Shown one piece after another: positions 62,748 to 64,000 of a stretch of DNA of 64,000 nt (position 1 is the first letter of the stretch; the number at the start of each line of letters is the position of its first letter). The position numbers and the translations under genes are program-made. The stretch is from contig OY762964.1 in the NCBI GenBank assembly GCA_963667035.1, positions 896,001 through 960,000 on the forward strand, read 5' to 3'. The notes under the pieces are model-generated. The model was not told where the DNA came from, searched no databases, and saw only the letters and a program-made list of their open reading frames with translations. This DNA is from Candidatus Cloacimonadales bacterium (GTDB lineage: Bacteria; Cloacimonadota; Cloacimonadia; Cloacimonadales; JAFGVF01).

Positions 62748-64000
62748 ATGTTTAATAAGGTACCCGTTGCAATTAAAATAGTTTTTCTATATGTATTATT
62801 TGGAATTCTATGGATTCTATTGTCAGACAATATTACAATCAGAATCTTTGATGCCAAGACATCAGGTATTGTCCAAACCTATAAAGGGATTATATATATC
62901 ATTCTTTCAGGTAGTTTTTTGTATCTTATAATGCATAGAGCATATTTCAATATAAATGAGTTAAAGAATGAGTATGAAAACCTAGTACAGAATCAAACCG
63001 AGCTTATTATCAAATGGAAGCCTGATGGAAGAGTCTTATTCGTAAACTATGCATATTTAACTTTTTTCAATCTCGTGAAGAAAAATGCATATACTCAAGA
63101 TGTGCATACATTGTATCCAATTAAAGGTTTTCAAGAGCCATATCTTTCTCAGTTAAACAGAGATAATACAAATCTAAAATGTGATTCAGTAATAAAAAAA
63201 GACAATCTTGTATATAAAATCGATTGGTTAATCAAAGGAATTTACTCGGATTCAGGAGTACTTTTGGAAATCCAAGCAGTAGGAAGAGATAATTCTGAAC
63301 AGCATAGAAGCAAGCTGGCGTCAATGTTACAGGATAAACAGATGGAGTTAATTATTGAGGGTGGAGAGCTTGGAACTTGGGAATACAATATAGTTTCTCG
63401 CAAATTAAGTGTAAACTCTAAATGGTTTGAAATTCTTGGTTATAGAAAAACACAGGAGTTAACTGACGAGTTTCTGTTTAACTCAGTTCATCCTGATGAT
63501 TTAAGATTGGTAAAGCTCAGATTGGAGAAGCATTTTGCAAGTCTGGATGATTTCTTTGAATCGACACATAGGATTAAGCATAAATCCGGAAAATGGATTT
63601 GGGTGAAGTCAAAGGGTAAAGTATTTGAATGGGATGGAGATGGAAATCCGATAAGGATGTATGGTATACAAACTGATGAAACTGAGCAGAAACAGATTCA
63701 AATGAAGATAGAGCTAAGTGAAAACTTGCATAGAGAGCTCATTCAAAACATGAATTCCGGGGTTGTAATGACTCAGTTAAATGAGGAAACCGGAGAGTTT
63801 ATTATAACCAGTCTAAATCCATACGCATTGAATGCTCTTTCAAAACAAAGAGATGAAGTCATAGGCAAAGATATCGTTTCGCTTTATCCTCATGTCGAAG
63901 AAATCGGACTTGTTGAAAAAGTAATGCAGGTATACAAAACAGGTGTTCCGGCTTTAATACCAAAGGTCGAGTACAAGGACAAAGACTTCCAGATAATGGT
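62748..64000 (+). CDS. Membrane-anchored PAS-domain signalling protein, 5' part (runs off window)
   Basis: MFNKVPVAIKIVFLYVLFGILWILLSD...QTYKG TM sensor, then PAS repeats (LGTWEY, VHPDD, WIWVKSKG); GAGGTG RBS. Confidence 0.85.
   Translation, partial: MFNKVPVAIKIVFLYVLFGILWILLSDNITIRIFDAKTSGIVQTYKGIIYIILSGSFLYLIMHRAYFNINELKNEYENLVQNQTELIIKWKPDGRVLFVNYAYLTFFNLVKKNAYTQDVHTLYPIKGFQEPYLSQLNRDNTNLKCDSVIKKDNLVYKIDWLIKGIYSDSGVLLEIQAVGRDNSEQHRSKLASMLQDKQMELIIEGGELGTWEYNIVSRKLSVNSKWFEILGYRKTQELTDEFLFNSVHPDDLRLVKLRLEKHFASLDDFFESTHRIKHKSGKWIWVKSKGKVFEWDGDGNPIRMYGIQTDETEQKQIQMKIELSENLHRELIQNMNSGVVMTQLNEETGEFIITSLNPYALNALSKQRDEVIGKDIVSLYPHVEEIGLVEKVMQVYKTGVPALIPKVEYKDKDFQIM

Overview
AT-rich bacterial chromosomal segment, probably from an anaerobic FCB-group diderm. 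Two proteins carry YPNPFN...IYNIRGQK...ASGIY C-terminal sorting tails, which suggests Cloacimonadota (inference). The backbone is housekeeping: an ABC exporter, an FMN riboswitch with the ribD-ribE-ribBA-ribH operon, tcdA, a GT9, an EF-G paralogue, yebC-ruvC-ruvA-rsmB, fba-gap, LPS sugar genes with waaA, nadE and aminotransferases. Accessory pieces interrupt it. (1) A DUF2188 + KAP-family NTPase pair. (2) A 2.2-kb convergent two-gene unit (membrane protein and CruA/CruP-like flavoprotein) bracketed by 24-bp inverted repeats at both gene starts, a candidate invertible cassette. (3) A complete IS1182 element flanked by a 33-bp duplicated palindrome. (4) Two tandem RDD-fusion paralogues behind a sigma54 promoter with paired enhancer boxes, facing an NtrC-type two-component system. 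(5) An integrase-core transposase remnant followed by stacked palindromes and paired DnaA boxes. (6) A Sir2-HerA antiphage operon with an overlapping third KTSC gene. No CRISPR array, rRNA or tRNA was found.
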